NCBI RefSeq assembly: GCF_006345805.1
Contig: NC_043003.1
Location: 87,916,001-87,980,000 of the forward strand
Direction of reading: 5' to 3'
From: Octopus sinensis
Taxonomy: Eukaryota
Length of the DNA: 64,000 nucleotides
Below, one piece after another: positions 1-13,654 of this stretch. The stretch's first letter is position 1; the number at the start of each line of letters is the position of its first letter. Under the pieces are notes generated by a model. That model was not told the origin of the DNA and searched no databases. It saw only the letters and a program-made list of their open reading frames with translations. Both the position numbers and the translations under genes were made by a program.

Positions 1-1207
1 GAATATAGATGTCACTGTGACCTGGCCCTGAATCCACCTTCTGCTGATAATCATAAAAACATGCCCAAATACACTCTTTTATTCTATTCATGAAACAATA
101 AACAATCTGTATTTCTCTTTGCTTTTTTGGATATGTTCTATTTATATATTTTTATTTTGACTTGTCTTCACATGTATTCAATATTCTATACGTGTATGAA
201 AGTGTGTGTGTGCATCCATATTTTGTTTTTTAACCCCCGGTCCAATGCCCAGACAGCATCTAAAACTATATTAAAAGAACTGATAACAAAATAACAGAAC
301 AGTTTGGAAGTCGCTTTTAAGTGAGAAACTCAGTCCCATATCAGGGACCTTGTACTATGTGTGTGTGTGTATATATATATATATATAGTTGCTATTACGT
401 TAAACTGTCCTATGTCCAAATTTGGCCAAATGCATTTTTTTTTTTCCAACATTTATTTTTGCTTGCAATAGTTGGTTCCTTTGGTCAAACTATTGTATTT
501 CCAGCTACTTCAGATGCTTGAGATATCAAAAATTGTCAAGTAGTACAGCCGTTTTGCTATGGAATGGTGAAACTATTTTTTCACTTTCTGAAAAAGCAGA
601 CTTAGAACACTCTTCCATAATAGCAACAATATATATAAGAAGAAAAAGAAAGTACTCAGTGTTAAATGTATTTGGTTAACTATATGAAATGATCATACAC
701 CAATAAATGCAAGTAGAATAAATATCCTAGGTAATTCCTCATGTTTGACAAATAGATCCAAATATTGTTTAGAAGAATTTGAAGAAATTCAGATTATAAG
801 GCAATAAAAAAAATCTGAATGAAGAAAATCATATCTTTAATTGGTGATTCCACCATACAATACCAACAATCATTTCTGTTGTATCAACATATTTAGATAC
901 AGAAAATATTAGTTATTATATCTGAAAGTTCTCCCTATTTCTCCATTTGTTATTTGAATTAGGGAGTCTCTCAACTCAAAATCTATAAACAAGAATAAAA
1001 TTGATAGCGTGACTTGTGAAATTAATTCTAATGATAATTTTCCTGAACTAGATTTTGATACTTTAAGTAAAAGTAATTCTGACTCTCATAATACAGTTAG
1101 CACCTAGTTTTAATATTAATTATAAAACTTATAATAATCCTATCCTAAGACCTAATTCCGAGAGGAGGACTAGTAATAATTCTTTTAACCACGAGTACCA
1201 AATACAA

Positions 1208-1640
1208 GTGAATAAATGCTTGTGTGATAGTAAAAGCAAAATCTGTCCTTTAGAAAATCACTGTTCAAAGAAAAATAGTGTATCAATGTATCAGTGTAAA
1301 GTAATAATAGGTGACCATAAGTATTATTACATAGGTTCCTCTGCTACAACTTGGAAATCCAGATTTCATACTCATTTTCATTCATTTAAGTATAGAAGGA
1401 AAGGTAATTCTACAAATCTTAGTAAATGCATTTGGGATTTAAAAAAGAACACGATATAAAGTGATCTATTATTAGTTATTTACCATTGTACAATACTGGT
1501 AATTTTAAATGTAATCTTTGCCTTGAAGAAATGTATTATATAATTACTTCTAAATTATTAAGTTATGATGATATTTAAATATTTCAATTCTTGATTACAA
1601 TTGCTTTTCCTAAAATAAAGTAAGTATTATTTTTCTAAAA
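1208..1640 (+). mobile_element. Penelope-like element (Naiad-type) GIY-YIG endonuclease remnant
   Basis: CLC..CPLENHC, MYQCKV..YYIGSSATTWKSRFHTH..SF..STNLSKCIWDLK, then KCNLCLEE after a frameshift. Confidence 0.8.
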
Positions 1641-2399
1641 ATGTTTATCAAATTTAATAAATAAATAACTAATTTTTGTGACGCAGAATCTCTCTCTTTT
1701 TAACTGTCACAATGTTGAATTCATGTATTTATTTTGTATTCTTTTGTTATCCTTTTTTGTCACCAGAAGTTGAATTCTAAACTAGCTTTTCTTAGAATAT
1801 TATATTTCTTAACGTTCTTTTTATATGCATTCATCCACTTGAGGTATTTTCTTAGTTCACTTTGAATTTAACCAATTTTGGATTGCTTTGATTACATGTA
1901 AACATGTAATCAAATGTTCGGATGTAATTTAATTTGACTAATATTTTCTGTATCTAAATATTTTGATACGGCAGAAACAACTGTTAGAATTGTATGGTGG
2001 AATCACCAATTAAAGCTGTGATTTTCTCCATTTGTATTTTTGTTATATATATACATAGATAAATAATATAAAATTGATCACTGGAAGAAAGATTGTTAGA
2101 ATCATCTAATCATTTTAGTGGAAAACAATTATCAGAAAATTCATTAATTTTTACAAAACAAAATATGGATGAACACACTATACTGAAGATTTTCTGTTTC
2201 TATTATACATATATGTATAAAGTTTAAATAAAAAACACATACATGTATGTGTGTGCGTGTTTGTTTTAAACTTTTTGTAAAAACTATTGGAGATCTGTAA
2301 ATGTTAACTACTTGTTGCTTTCATTCACAATAGTTTTATTGTTTTACTTACTTTATTATTAAAGTTCTAATTTAATTATTCATATATGTGTTTATTTAG

Positions 2400-2505
2400 G
2401 TATTTTGTTTATTGAGAGTCTTCCAGAGTCTGTTGAAGCCAGTAGCATAAAAACTTTGTTCAGTGAAAATAAAATAAAATTAAAGAAACATAAGACACTA
2501 AAGCC
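2400..2505 (+). CDS. RRM protein exon A (RRM-a first half, RNP2)
   Basis: tttatttag|gt...aagcc|gtaagt; phase 1 to 2; translates ILFIESLPESVEASSIKTLFSENKIKLKKHKTLKP. Confidence 0.85.
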
Positions 2506-3021
2506 GTAAGTAACTTTAAATTTTGTGTTTATTTATCTTCATTTCTGGGGGTGGGGGGCACATAACAAACTTGGCACACTTTTGAGGGTGCTGTCCACTT
2601 CAACACCATCTTGTGTTCCTTGAATGCCTTTTGTGGCATTTTCTTAGTTGCAAACATTCACTCAACCACATGATGTTTGAGTACACTTAGTGGCATCTGC
2701 TCTGTTGCAGGCATTCATTGTAAGTCTTCTGGAAGTAGTTACAATCTTCTAATGCAGTACCACCATTTACTCTTCACTGAACTTGAACTATTTTCTCTCC
2801 TTCCCAAAGTCCCTGGAGAGTAGATAAGAGAATGCACTCTTGCAGAATTAACAACTTTTGAACTTTTTTTTTTGTGCCTCATTTATTGCATCCCCGTTCC
2901 TTCAAAATACTAGATCTAACTATATTTAAATATCTAAATTTGAAAAACAAATGTTGATATAGAGGAGTAGGTGAGGAAATTGCAAAAGTAAGAAAGCTGA
3001 ATGACATCATCTTCTTTTCAG

Positions 3022-3173
3022 TGGAGCTGCCATTGTACAACTTAAAGACTGGTCTGAAATTGGAAAGGCAGTGTCTTTGTTATCAGAAAACTATTTAGGT
3101 AAAGCAATATGTATAAACTCTTTAAAAGATGACCAATGTGAGGTTGATCATTGCATAAACCAAAGTGATCATG
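3022..3173 (+). CDS. RRM protein exon B (RRM-a second half, RNP1-like GAAIVQL, plus linker)
   Basis: cttcttttcag| acceptor and g|gtaagg donor; phase 2 to 1, in frame with exon A; GAAIVQLKDWSEIGKAVSLLSENYLGKAICINSLKDDQCEVDHCINQSDH. Confidence 0.8.
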
Positions 3174-3279
3174 GTAAGGCCAAATTTTAATATTTGTTTT
3201 ATTCCTTGTTATTGAACTTAAGAAACTTTTCAGTAATTCTGATGTTTTTAGTTTGTGGGTGTGTATTTATAGGTATATA

Positions 3280-3960
3280 TATTATCACCATTTAACATCT
3301 ATCTTTCCATGTTGGCATGGGTTGCATGGTTTGATAAAAACTAGCATGCCAAAGAACTACACCATTGCATCATTGATGGACAGTGATGAACAATGGTGGA
3401 GTGAGGTGGGTGTTAGGAAGAGATTCATCAGAGACAGATTGTATGCAGGGACATAAATGTAAACGACATGCCTTTAGGCCTCATCTTTTGCTTAGAGGCA
3501 CAGTAAATTGCCAATCATCTCTATCATTTGTCACCTTGGAAAGACTCAACATCCAGGCATCATTCTTCACCACTTCATCCTATATCTTCCTGGATCTCCC
3601 TTTATGCAACTGTCCTGATATATATCTATCATATGACCAAATCAGCGGTCTTGCACATGACATCTAATTCCTCTTATGCTCAGTTTTTCTCTCAATATAT
3701 TTGCACTTTGTTGTATACACACACTGATGTTGCACATCTAGTAGAACATACTAATTTCGTTTCTTTGAAGCTTTAGCATATACTTTGCATTCACAGCCCA
3801 CATTTCACTAGTATGTAGTACAGCTGTTAGTACTCAAGCATCATATAATCTGCCCATCACTCTGAGGGAGTGACCTTTTGTCATTGCACACCTGATACTG
3901 AGTTCACTTTCTCTGTTAATCTTCTTTTGATTCCACTCTTCTTCGTATGTGTCCATATTT
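3280..3960 (-). mobile_element. old, degraded RTE LINE 3' fragment
   Basis: degenerate RTE tail (catttaacatctatctttccatgttggcatggg) and C-terminal ORF remnants matching younger copies. Confidence 0.6.
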
Positions 3961-4064
3961 TTCACTGAGTACACCATATGGAATTTCTACCTACACTTTT
4001 CCTACTGTATGATGTAGATGTAGTACGCAAGAGAAAAAACTGCTGTTTTGGTCATGTGATACAT

Positions 4065-6120
4065 ATCATCATCATCATCATCATCGTTTAGCGTCCGTTT
4101 TCCATGCTAGCATGGGTTGGACGGTTCTACTGGGGTCTGTGAAGCCAGAAGGCTTCATCAGGCCCAGTCAAATCTGGCAGTGTTTCTACGGCTGGATGCC
4201 CTTCCTAACGCCAACCACTCCGTGAGTGTAGTGGGTGCTTTTTACGTGCCACCCGCACTGGTGCCAGACAGAGCTGGCAAACGGCCACGAACGGATGGTG
4301 CTTTTTATGTGCCACCGGCACGAGGGCCAGGCGAGGCTGGCATCGGACACGAAACGGGGCGGTGCTGGCAACGGTCGCAAAACGGAAAGTTCTCTTACAT
4401 GCCACCGGCACTGGTAACACATCTGCAATTTCCATTGATCGATTTCCATTGATCGATTTCGATTCTGATCGTCACTTGCCTCAACGGGTCTTCACAAGCA
4501 GAGTTTTGACATGCCACCGGCACTGGTAGCACATCCGCAATTTCCATTGATCGATTTCGATTCTGATCCTCACTTGCCTCATCACGTCTTCACAAGTAGA
4601 GTTTTGTGTCCCAAGAAGGGAAGGTATGCATACGTAGGCTGGCTCCATCCCATGTAGAAGGCCACGGGTTATGGACTCACTTGTCCTGCCGGGTCTTCTC
4701 GCGCACAGCACACTTCCAGAGGTCTCGGTCTCTAGTCATTTCCTCAGTGAGACCTAAAGTTCGAAGGTCGTGCTTCACCACCTCGTCCCAGGTTTTCCTG
4801 GGTCTGCCTCTTCCACAGGTTCCCTCAACTGCTAGGGTGTGGCACTTTTTCACACAACTATCTTCATCCATTCTCGCCACATGACCATACCAGCGCAAAC
4901 GTCTCTCTTGCACACCACAACTGATGCTTCTTAGGTCCAGCTTTTCTCTCAAGGTACTTACACTCTGCCGAGTGTGAGTACCGGCATTACACATCCATCG
5001 GAGCATACTGGCTTCATTTCTAGCGAGCTTACGCATATCCTCAGCAGTCACGGCCCATGTTTCACTGCCATGTAGCATGGCTGTTCGTACACACGCATCA
5101 TACAGTCTGCCTTTCACTCTGTGCGAGAGGCCTTTTGTCACCAGTAGAGGTAAGAGCTCTCTGAACTTTGCCCAAGCTATTCTTACTCTAGCAGTTACAC
5201 TTTCAGCACACCCGCCCCCGCTGCTGACTTGGTCACCTAGGTAACGGAAACTATCAACTATTTCTAGTTTTTCTCCCTGGAAAGTGACGGAAGTTGGTCT
5301 CAGAGCATTTTCAGTGTTTATTGTTCCTGAGCATCTGCCACATACAAAAACCATCTTCCTAGTTAGCCTTCCTTTGACATTGCTGCATCTCTTATGTGTC
5401 CATAGCTTACACTTGGTGCATCTTATAGAGTTTCTACCTACACCTTTTCTACAGATCGAGCAGGGCCATCTACCTGAAGGTGTTTGTGATTTGTCTACCT
5501 TCCTACTGATTACGACTTTGGTTTTAGCTAGATTGACTCTGAGGCCCTTCGATTCTAATCCTTGTTTCCACACCTGAAACTTCTCCTCCAGTTCTGATAG
5601 CGACTCAGCAATTAGAGCAAGGTCATCAGCATAGAGGAGCTCCCAAGGGCATCCTGTCTTGAATTCCTCCGTTATTGCCTGGAGGACTATGATAAATAGG
5701 AGGGGGCTGAGTACTGAGCCTTGGTGGACTCCTACCTCTACCCGGAATTCTTCACTGTACACATTTCCAACCCTCACCCTACTAGCGGCGTCCCTGTACA
5801 TGGCCCGCACAGCTCTCACTAACCATTCATCTATCCCTAGTTTCCTCATTGCCCACCAGATAAGGGATCGGGGGACCCTGCCGAAGGCTTTCTCCATGTC
5901 AACAAAAGCCAGGTACAGGGGCTTATCTTTGGCTAGGTATTTCTCCTGCAGCTGCCTTACCAGGAATATAGCATCAGTAGTACTTTTCCCTGGCACAAAC
6001 CCAAACTGCATCTCATCTAAACTAACTCTCTCTCTAATTAGTTGGGCTATGATCCTCTCCGTAACCTTCATCACCTGGTCCAACAGCTTGATACCTCTGT
6101 AGTTATTTGTATCTAGGGCA
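4065..6120 (-). mobile_element. RTE LINE, young 5'-truncated copy (RT with PHD, 3' UTR, (GAT)n tail)
   Basis: open 468-aa frame 4677-6083 with QFGF, DMEKAF, GVHQGSVLSP, YADD and C4HC3; tail atcatc... at 4065; 5' end runs into (TA)n. Confidence 0.95.
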
Positions 6121-6129
6121 TATATATAT

Positions 6130-8130
6130 ATATGAGCTATTTTCCTGAAGGGATTTGTGGTTTATCTGTTTTCTTACTTACTAGAACTTTGGATTTTGCT
6201 AAGTTGACTTTTAAGGCTCTTTGATTATTGATCTTATTTCCATACCTGGAATTTCGTTTCTAATTCTACTGCCGTTTCAGCCATATGAATAAGGTCATCA
6301 TTATGAAGAAGCACTCATGAACAATTAGTCTTAACCCTTCATCATTAAACTGGCCATATCAAGCCCAAACTTTCTTGGTTTTATGCTCAAATCAGCCAGA
6401 TTCTGTCCCTCACACCTATGGTACAATGTCATTCAAATATATAGTCACATCGTCGAAACCTTGAAGCTATGAGATAATGCATATTGATTCAAAACAATTT
6501 AAATAAAGAAGCATTAGGTTTGACAGAGTAATCAATACTAAAAGGTTAAACTTTTCTGTTATGACTTAATGGACAATGATAAACAGGAAGGGACTGAGAA
6601 CCAAGCCCTGGTGAACTTATACTTACACACTAAATTTGTTACTGTTGAGGGAGCAAGGGATCCCATCAAAGGATTTCTCCAAGTTGACAAATGCCAAGTA
6701 CAATGATTTATTTTTGGTTATCTACTTCTGAAATTGCCTTACTAGAAAGAAAGTATCAGTAATTCTTCTCTCTGGCAGAAAACCAAACTGCATATTATCT
6801 TGGTTAACTATCTCCCTAATTAGTTGAGCTATAAATCTTTCTGTAACTTTCATGATTTGGTCAAGTAATTTGTTATGCATGTAATAACAGGAATCTCTCA
6901 CTTACAGAAGTAATGCATTCCTGAAAATTTTGCTGTAGCACAAAATTAATTTTTCTCTCCATTTTCATATTATCAAGTCAGGTTGTGTTCCTACAGACTT
7001 TTTCGAAGAAAGCAAGCACAACCCCCCACCCAGAGAACAAGCACCATGATCACCTTTATGCATGAAAATAATAAATTCTAATGGTTCACTTACAGTTAGT
7101 GATTCTGCTGAGAGGTTTACAATATCTGGCAGAGTGGGATATGGCTGAGTCACTCGTATAGTTAATTAGGTTATCCACAAGGGAATCATATCCAATGACT
7201 GGTGTAGCAGCATTATAGTTAACTGCAACAAAGGTAAAGGTGATACCTTAGACAGAAATAATTACAGAGGTATCAAACTACTGGACCAAGTGGTGAAAGT
7301 TGCAGAGAGGGTCCTAGCTCAAATAATTAGGAGGAGAGTAAACCAAGGTGAGATGCAGTTTGGTTTTCTGCCAGAGAGAAGCAAAACTTGTACTACCTTC
7401 CTAATAAGGCAACTGCAAGAGAAGCATTTGGCCAAACATAGACTGCAGTAACTGGCTTTTGTTGACATGGAGAAAGCCTTTGATAGGGTGTCTCAATTCC
7501 TTATCTGGTGGTCAATCCAGACATTAGGGATTAATGAGCAGTTGGTGTGAGCTATAAGCCACATACAAGGATGTTGTCAGTATGATGAAGGTTGGCAATG
7601 AAAATAGCAATGAATTTAGTGTACAAGTAGGAGTTCACCAAGGATTGCTTCTCACTCCCCTCTTGTTTATCATAGTCCTCCAAGCCAAAAACAGAAATTT
7701 AAGATTGGCTGCCCTTGGAAGCACCTCTATGCTGATGAGCTTGTTCCTATATTTGAATGACGACCTAAACTAGAGAGGGAATTTCAGGTGTGGAAGCAAG
7801 GTCTTGAATCAGAGGGCCTTAGTGTTAATTTAGCAAAGACCAAAGTCCTAATAGGTAGGAAAATAGATGAATTGCAAATCCCTTCTGGGAGATGGCCCTG
7901 TTTGTTATGTAGAAAGGATATTAGAAACTCCATATGATGTACGTAGTGCAAGCTATGGACACACGAGGTGCAGCAGTATCAAGGGAAGGTTAACAGAGAA
8001 CGTAGTCTTTGTGTGTAGCAGATGTGCAGGTACAATTTACAGAATTTACCTTCCTCAAATGTCCAGAGGGATCCTTAGAAGTAGCAGATAGTTTGTCATG
8101 AATACAATGCAGCCTTATACTTTTCCAAGA
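6130..8130. mobile_element. cluster of old RTE RT fragments (6130-6330 minus, 6560-6880 minus, 7100-8130 plus)
   Basis: degenerate DDL..KFQVWK..VNLAKSK, QFGF, KAFDRV, GVHQG and PHD remnants with stops. Confidence 0.7.
6335..6545. mobile_element. piggyBac-type MITE, about 210 bp
   Basis: TTAA at 6331-6334 and 6546-6549, CCC/(G)GG termini; reverse-orientation relative of 42484-42706. Confidence 0.7.
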
Positions 8131-8399
8131 ATTATTTAAAGTTGAAGGCTTTATTTCATGACAAGATTCAACTATATTACACACAGCATCCATTACATAG
8201 AATTTCTTTCAGAAATCTCTTAACTGTAGGTTTATTCCTACTGTCAATTGCTTTCATAAGTTGTTTGAAAGTTCTTCTCATAATATGTATTGAAGTTAGC
8301 TATCACACCTTCATCTATTGGCTGGAGCAAAGAAGTTGTATTCTTGGAGATATATTCAACTCACATTATCAGAAAAGTCAGCTGGGTGGTTCTGTGCAT

Positions 8400-10123
8400 T
8401 CATCATCATCGTCATTTAGCGTCCGCTTTCCATGCTAGCATGGGTTGGACGGTTCAACTGGGGTCTGTGAAGCCAGAAGGCTGCATCAGGCCCAGTCTGA
8501 TCTGGCAGTGTTTCTACGGCTGGATGCCCTTCCTAACGCCAACCACTCCGTGAGTGTAGTGGGTGCTTTTTACGTGCCACCCACACAAGTGCCAGACGGA
8601 GCTGGCATACAGCCACGGATGGATAGTGCTTTTTACGTGCCACCGGCACGGGGGCCAGGCGAGGCTGGCAACGGCTACGATCGTATGGTGCTTTTTACGT
8701 GTCATCGGCACAGAGGCCAGTCGGGGCGGCGCTGGCAACGGCCACGATCGGATGGTTTGCTTACTTGTCACTGGCACTGGTATCACAGCCGCAATTTCCA
8801 TTGATGTTGATTGATTTCGATTTTGGTTCTGCTTTCTGATATCTGATTTGATTTGGTTTGATTTTCATTTGCCTCAACGGGTCTTCACAAGTGGAGTTTT
8901 GTGTCCCAAGAAGGAAAGGTATGTATAAGTCGACTGGCTACATACCAGGTAGAGGCCACGGGTTATGGTCTCACTAGTCTTGCCGGGTCTTCTCACGCAC
9001 AGCATACTTCCATAGGTCTCGGTCTCTAGTCATTTCCTTGGTGAGACCTAAAGTTCGGAGGTCGTGCTTCACCACCTCGTCCCAGGTTTTCCTGGGTCTA
9101 CCTCTTCCACAGGTTCCCTCAACTGCTAGGGTGTGGCACTTTTGCACACAACTATCTTCAGCCATTCTCGTCACATGACCATACCAGCGCAAACGTCTCT
9201 CTTGCACACCACAACTGATGCTTCTTAGGTCCAACTTTTCTCTCAAGGTACTTACACTCTGTTGATTATGAATACTGACATTACACATCCATCGGAGCAT
9301 ACTGGCTTCATTTCTTGCAAGCTTACGCATATCCTCAGCAGTCACAGCCCATGTTTCACTACCATGTAGCATGGCTGTACGTACACATGCATCATACAGT
9401 CTGCCTTTTACTCTGAGCGAGAGGCCTTTTGTCACCAGCAGGGGTAAGAGCTCTCTAAACTTTGCCCAAACTATTCTTACTCTAGCAGTTACACCTTCAG
9501 CACACCCACCTCCGCTAGTGACTTGGTCACCTAGGTAACAGAAGCTATCAACTACTTCTAGTTTTTCTCCCTGGAACGTGGTAGAAGTTGGTCTCTAGTT
9601 AGCCTTCCTTTGACATTGCTGCACCTATTATGTGTCCATAGCTTACACTTGGTGCACCTTATAGAGTTTCTACCTACACCTGTTTTACAGATTGAGCAGA
9701 GCCATCTACCTGAAGGCGTTTGTGATTGGTCTACCTTCCTACTTATTAGGACTTTGGTTTTGGCTAGGTTGATTGTAAGGCCCTTCGATTCTAATCCTTG
9801 CTTCCACACCTGAAACTTCTCCTCCAGTTCTGATAGTGACTCAGCAATTAGAGCAAGGTCATCAGCATAGAGGAGCTCTCAGGGGCATCCTGTCTTGAAT
9901 TCCTCCGTTATTGCCTGGAGGACTATGATAAATCGGAGGGGACTGAGGACTGAACCTTGGTGGACCCCAACCTCTACCCGAATTCTTCACTGTACTCGTT
10001 GCCAACCCTCACCTTACTAGCAGCGTCTCTGTACATGGCTCGCACAGCTCTCACTAACCATTCATCTATCCCTAGTTTCCTCATTGCCCACCAGATAAGG
10101 GATCGGGGGACCCTGTCAAAGGC
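8400..10123 (-). mobile_element. RTE LINE, 5'-truncated copy with internal deletion
   Basis: RT, PHD and C-terminal ORF pieces (8974-9435, 9558-9809, 9974-10120), 3' UTR repeat array and (GAT)n tail at 8400. Confidence 0.92.
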
Positions 10124-10289
10124 ATTGATTGAAAAAAAAAAAAAAAGCAATGCTTTGTTGCAAATATTGTGTCTTACAGTGTCCCTTCCACTATACCTTT
10201 TTAAAATGTTTACAAATGTTTCAAAAAAAGTTTGAAAACCACTCTTTGACAAGGCTCCTAGTTGTCCATGCCTTTTTATTTGACTGGCA

Positions 10290-11110
10290 AATCAGAGGTA
10301 AATTAAACTTTGTGTAACCCTTCAAAGCCCTTGAATTTTCAGAGTGATGCACATGTAGGGGCTTGAATTCCATATCACCAGCAGCATTTCCTCCCAAATG
10401 AGTTTTAGAAGTTCTAAACCATGGTGTTGATTTTCCTTAAGAAATAAAGTTCTAATGGACATGCACTTCCAGAAAAGTGCAGTTTCATCAACATTGTGTA
10501 CTTGCTTTGATGTGCAATCCCCTTCAGCAATCATTTTCTTCCATTGCTCAGGATAATTAGTAGTAGTCTCTGTATCGACATTTGCAGTTTAACCAGTCAT
10601 TTTTATATTGTGCAAATTCATGTGCTTCTTAAACATTTCAAACTAGCCTTTATTAACCAAAAAGGATTTTTCGTTAGAAGTTCCACCTTTTTTTTTGACA
10701 AATCATCATATAAACTTAGACCTTATGTTTGAATTCATGGCTCGGCTTCACGAACAAAGATCAGGAAGGCTGTCCACATCGCGTGCATGCACACTCATGA
10801 CTGACAAGTAATTTTTGAATTACTGTTGTGTTTATCAGCATGTTACACTGATTCTGATCCTCAATCCATACACTAAAAAGTTTTTCAATTTTAAGCACCA
10901 TATTGGATCTATGGAAAAGAAAGGTCTGGACAGTTAACAGAGTAGCTTCTTAAACACTTATAATTTTCTCTCTGTTGTATTGTTCTCACTGTAGACACTG
11001 CAAGATTTAATGATTTGGCAATATAACTTAGTTTTTCTTCTGCATCAAGTCTTTCTAAAAGATCCAGTGTAATCCTTTTAGAGTTCCTTTTTATACTACG
11101 GCCTTCGGTT
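10290..11110 (-). mobile_element. Tigger/pogo (CENP-B HTH plus DDE) transposase remnant
   Basis: ITLDLLERLDAEEKLSYIAKSLNLAVSTVRTI; KIEKLFSVWIEDQ; QVHNVDETALFWKCMSIRT; frameshifted. Confidence 0.8.
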
Positions 11111-11659
11111 CTACTTGATTGCTTCTTTCCAGATATCTTAAATTGAAAGCAAATCCAAGAGCAGCAGCGATTAATTATCCACAACAATTAGTGATGATGA
11201 TATGAAATGCCATGGTTTAGATGTTTGTGATGGTGTGCGGGTATTGTTGGTGTTATATTGTTCTTGCTAATTGTATTGTTGCAGCTGTGTAGTTCCAAGT
11301 CAATCCTCATAGGCCAGTGATCAAAAACATTTCCTTCAACTTTTAAAATACACTAGGATACCACATTATATATTTTTATCTGAAATGGATTTGCTTATCC
11401 ACTTCATACTACTTATTACTGTTACTATTTGGTGATTGTTTTCTTATTGATGATAGAAACACATACACATACTCACATTATGTACATTATATATACGTGT
11501 GTATGTTTAACGTGATGATAGCTTTTCAAATTGTTAACTGTATACTTTGTTCTTAACTGAAATGCAGGTGGTCACTGAGATAAGAAGGAAGTGTAGTCTT
11601 AAATTGTTAATAATTTAAAACTATGCAATATGAGTTTCCATAAGTTACAGGCCGCATCC

Positions 11660-12322
11660 TTAAATTAATGGTCACACTATACAGTTTCGCTGAGTGTGAT
11701 ATCCCCGAAGAGGGATATCAGTTTTTATTGCCTAGTGATGTGATTAATGCTTTGATGAAAAACTCTATTGGCATTTTTGGAGTCATGGGGGTACTGACGA
11801 TAGATAATGAAGGAGAGTTCAACTGTGAGGAAATGCAGGAGATTACTTCAATCCTAAATATGTGTTTGAACCATGGCTGGAATGAATCCGTTTCAGAATG
11901 GTTTGTGTGAGCATGTTCATGCCATCACTAATATGATGTAGAAGCTAGCAGCAGACAATTCAGAAGTGGACTTTATTGGCTTGGACCAACATGGCAAAGA
12001 AGTCATTACAAATGTCAAATGGTTTCAGTAAACACGAGTTGGTATTCAGCAAGAACCGAAATGTACCAAATATAATGCAAGCAGAGTTACCAGCTTTAGA
12101 GGGTAGCACAACCAGCAAAACCTTTTTCAAACATCTGAATGCTCTGCATGAGGCATGGAAGGCATTCATACAAACAGAAGCAAGTGAAAGGATTAGGTGG
12201 GCTTTGAGTGAGAGCAGCAGAACAGATGTATGAAAATGGTGATGTGTTTTACAAAAGAGAATGAAAGGAGTAGTGGTTAGGTCCTGGTAAAGAAGTTTTT
12301 CAGGATGGTAAAGTCCTGTTTG
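11660..12322 (+). mobile_element. LTR retrotransposon integrase remnant (Copia/GalEa-like)
   Basis: FG..VLTIDNEGEF, PFQNGLCEHVHA, AWTNMAKKSLQMSNGFS..LVF, LPALEG, HLNALH, W.GPG, DGKVLFV across frameshifts. Confidence 0.7.
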
Positions 12323-12326
12323 TTAA

Positions 12327-13580
12327 CTCTTTCGGTACTAACCTGGCCATAGCCGGCCGAAAAATTTTTTGGTTCATAAGACCAACCCAGCCGAAAGTAC
12401 CCATTGTTATTTAAATGTGAATTTAAGCACAAATCTTGTTAGTACGTTTGTGAAAATACATGATTTCACTTTGTAAATAGTTGGGTTAGAGTATCCGACA
12501 TTGCTTGACGTGATATCTGAACTCAGTGAATTTTGGGAGATTTTTTTCCACATTTTTTCGGCATCAATTTTTCTTCAACTTTGAAAATGGATAGGAGTTT
12601 CATGATATTAAGCATTGATTCCGAATTTAAAGCTTTTTCGACGGAAAATAGGGAGATATTGAGAAAAAGAATGAATGGGGTACAAAAGCAGATGGTGTAC
12701 AATAATGAATAGGATATTTCTGTATCCAAAACCGAAAGCAGCGATTCTGAAGAAACAAAGCGGCAATAGTGACAGCAAAGACGATTTTACATCGGAATGA
12801 AGTAAAAACTTTAAAAATGCTTTTATTAGCAATTTTTCTGAGGAGATAGAGTTTATCTGTAGTCTTTCTTAGGAAGCGAAACCATTAGACTTTCATTTTT
12901 TTTCAGTATGCTTGTTTTGAAGTGATCAAACAAACTTACACAGAATGTAAACAAACCCAAAATGGGGGATCAAAGTTTGGAAAATTTGTGAAGCAAATAC
13001 TGGGTACTGCTGTGGATATAGTTTTTATACAGGGAAAATAATGTTAGTCAGCAAGGCCTAGGGTACAATGTGGTCTGGAATTTATTACTTCCATACCATA
13101 ATCAAGGCCGTATAATATTTTTTGACCGATTTCTTTAGTTTGGTCAAACTTGCAATGGATTTAGGTGGATTCCAGTATTTCAGTTTATTTCATCTTTGTG
13201 GTAACACCTGTTCTGTTGTGCATTAAATTGATCTAGTGATGTGCATAATTCTTCTATATCAAAATTTTGTTGCATACCCAATTGAATATTAGCTGATGAT
13301 TCATTTTCTATGGTGATGTTTAAACAAAATTTTAATATTATTACCTTTTGCTCAGTTTACCTGGATTTACCTGTAATTAAAGTCACTTTGAGACAAAAGT
13401 TATGCAATAGAATTGATTAAGAACCCTTTCTTTAATTATGTTCCAAATATCACATTAATATGTTGATAAGTAAAAAAGTTACAGTTGTTTAATGAAACTA
13501 GTCTAAATTCAAGATTATTTTAGAATTTAATTGAAGCTCATGAGGGGTGTGTTTTGGTCAGAAATATAGTAACGAAAGGG
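12327..13580 (+). mobile_element. internally deleted piggyBac transposon
   Basis: TTAA at 12323-12326 and 13581-13584; ends CTCTTTCGGTAC / GTAACGAAAGGG; internal KPKWGIKVWKICEANTGY and QGLGYNVVWNLLLPYHNQGRIIFFDRF. Confidence 0.8.
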
Positions 13581-13654
13581 TTAATAATTGGGTATTCTAC
13601 CAGCAGTATATTGGATAGATATTATCCCTCAGTAGATTGGATTCACAGCCCCTA

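Noticed and set aside
422-679. possible upstream exon(s) of the RRM gene (e.g. 505-566)
   Set aside because: Acceptor-like tracts exist and a phase-1 donor (g|gtgaaa) is possible, but it is weak and the peptide has no recognisable motif.
1208-1640. selenocysteine (UGA) recoding as reported for some Naiad elements
   Set aside because: The visible conserved Cys codons here and at 28630-28937 are TGT/TGC, and I saw no SECIS-like hairpin.
6270-6310. minus-strand TGATGA..GAAAC hammerhead-like string
   Set aside because: It is the degraded RT codon run DDL..AE of an old RTE fragment; the core lacks C3 and a proper stem II.
6887-6935. Tigger-like TIR that might pair with the 10290-11110 transposase
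   Set aside because: No matching TIR found beyond 11110, so element boundaries cannot be supported.
8560-8790. CRISPR-like repeat-spacer appearance in RTE 3' UTR arrays (also 4235-4415, 60135-60550)
   Set aside because: The apparent spacers are homologous to each other, the context is a eukaryotic LINE UTR, and there are no cas genes; it is a minisatellite.
11697-11720. 9-bp hairpin tgatatccc-cgaaga-gggatatca
   Set aside because: Isolated, within a decayed integrase region, with no associated functional motif.
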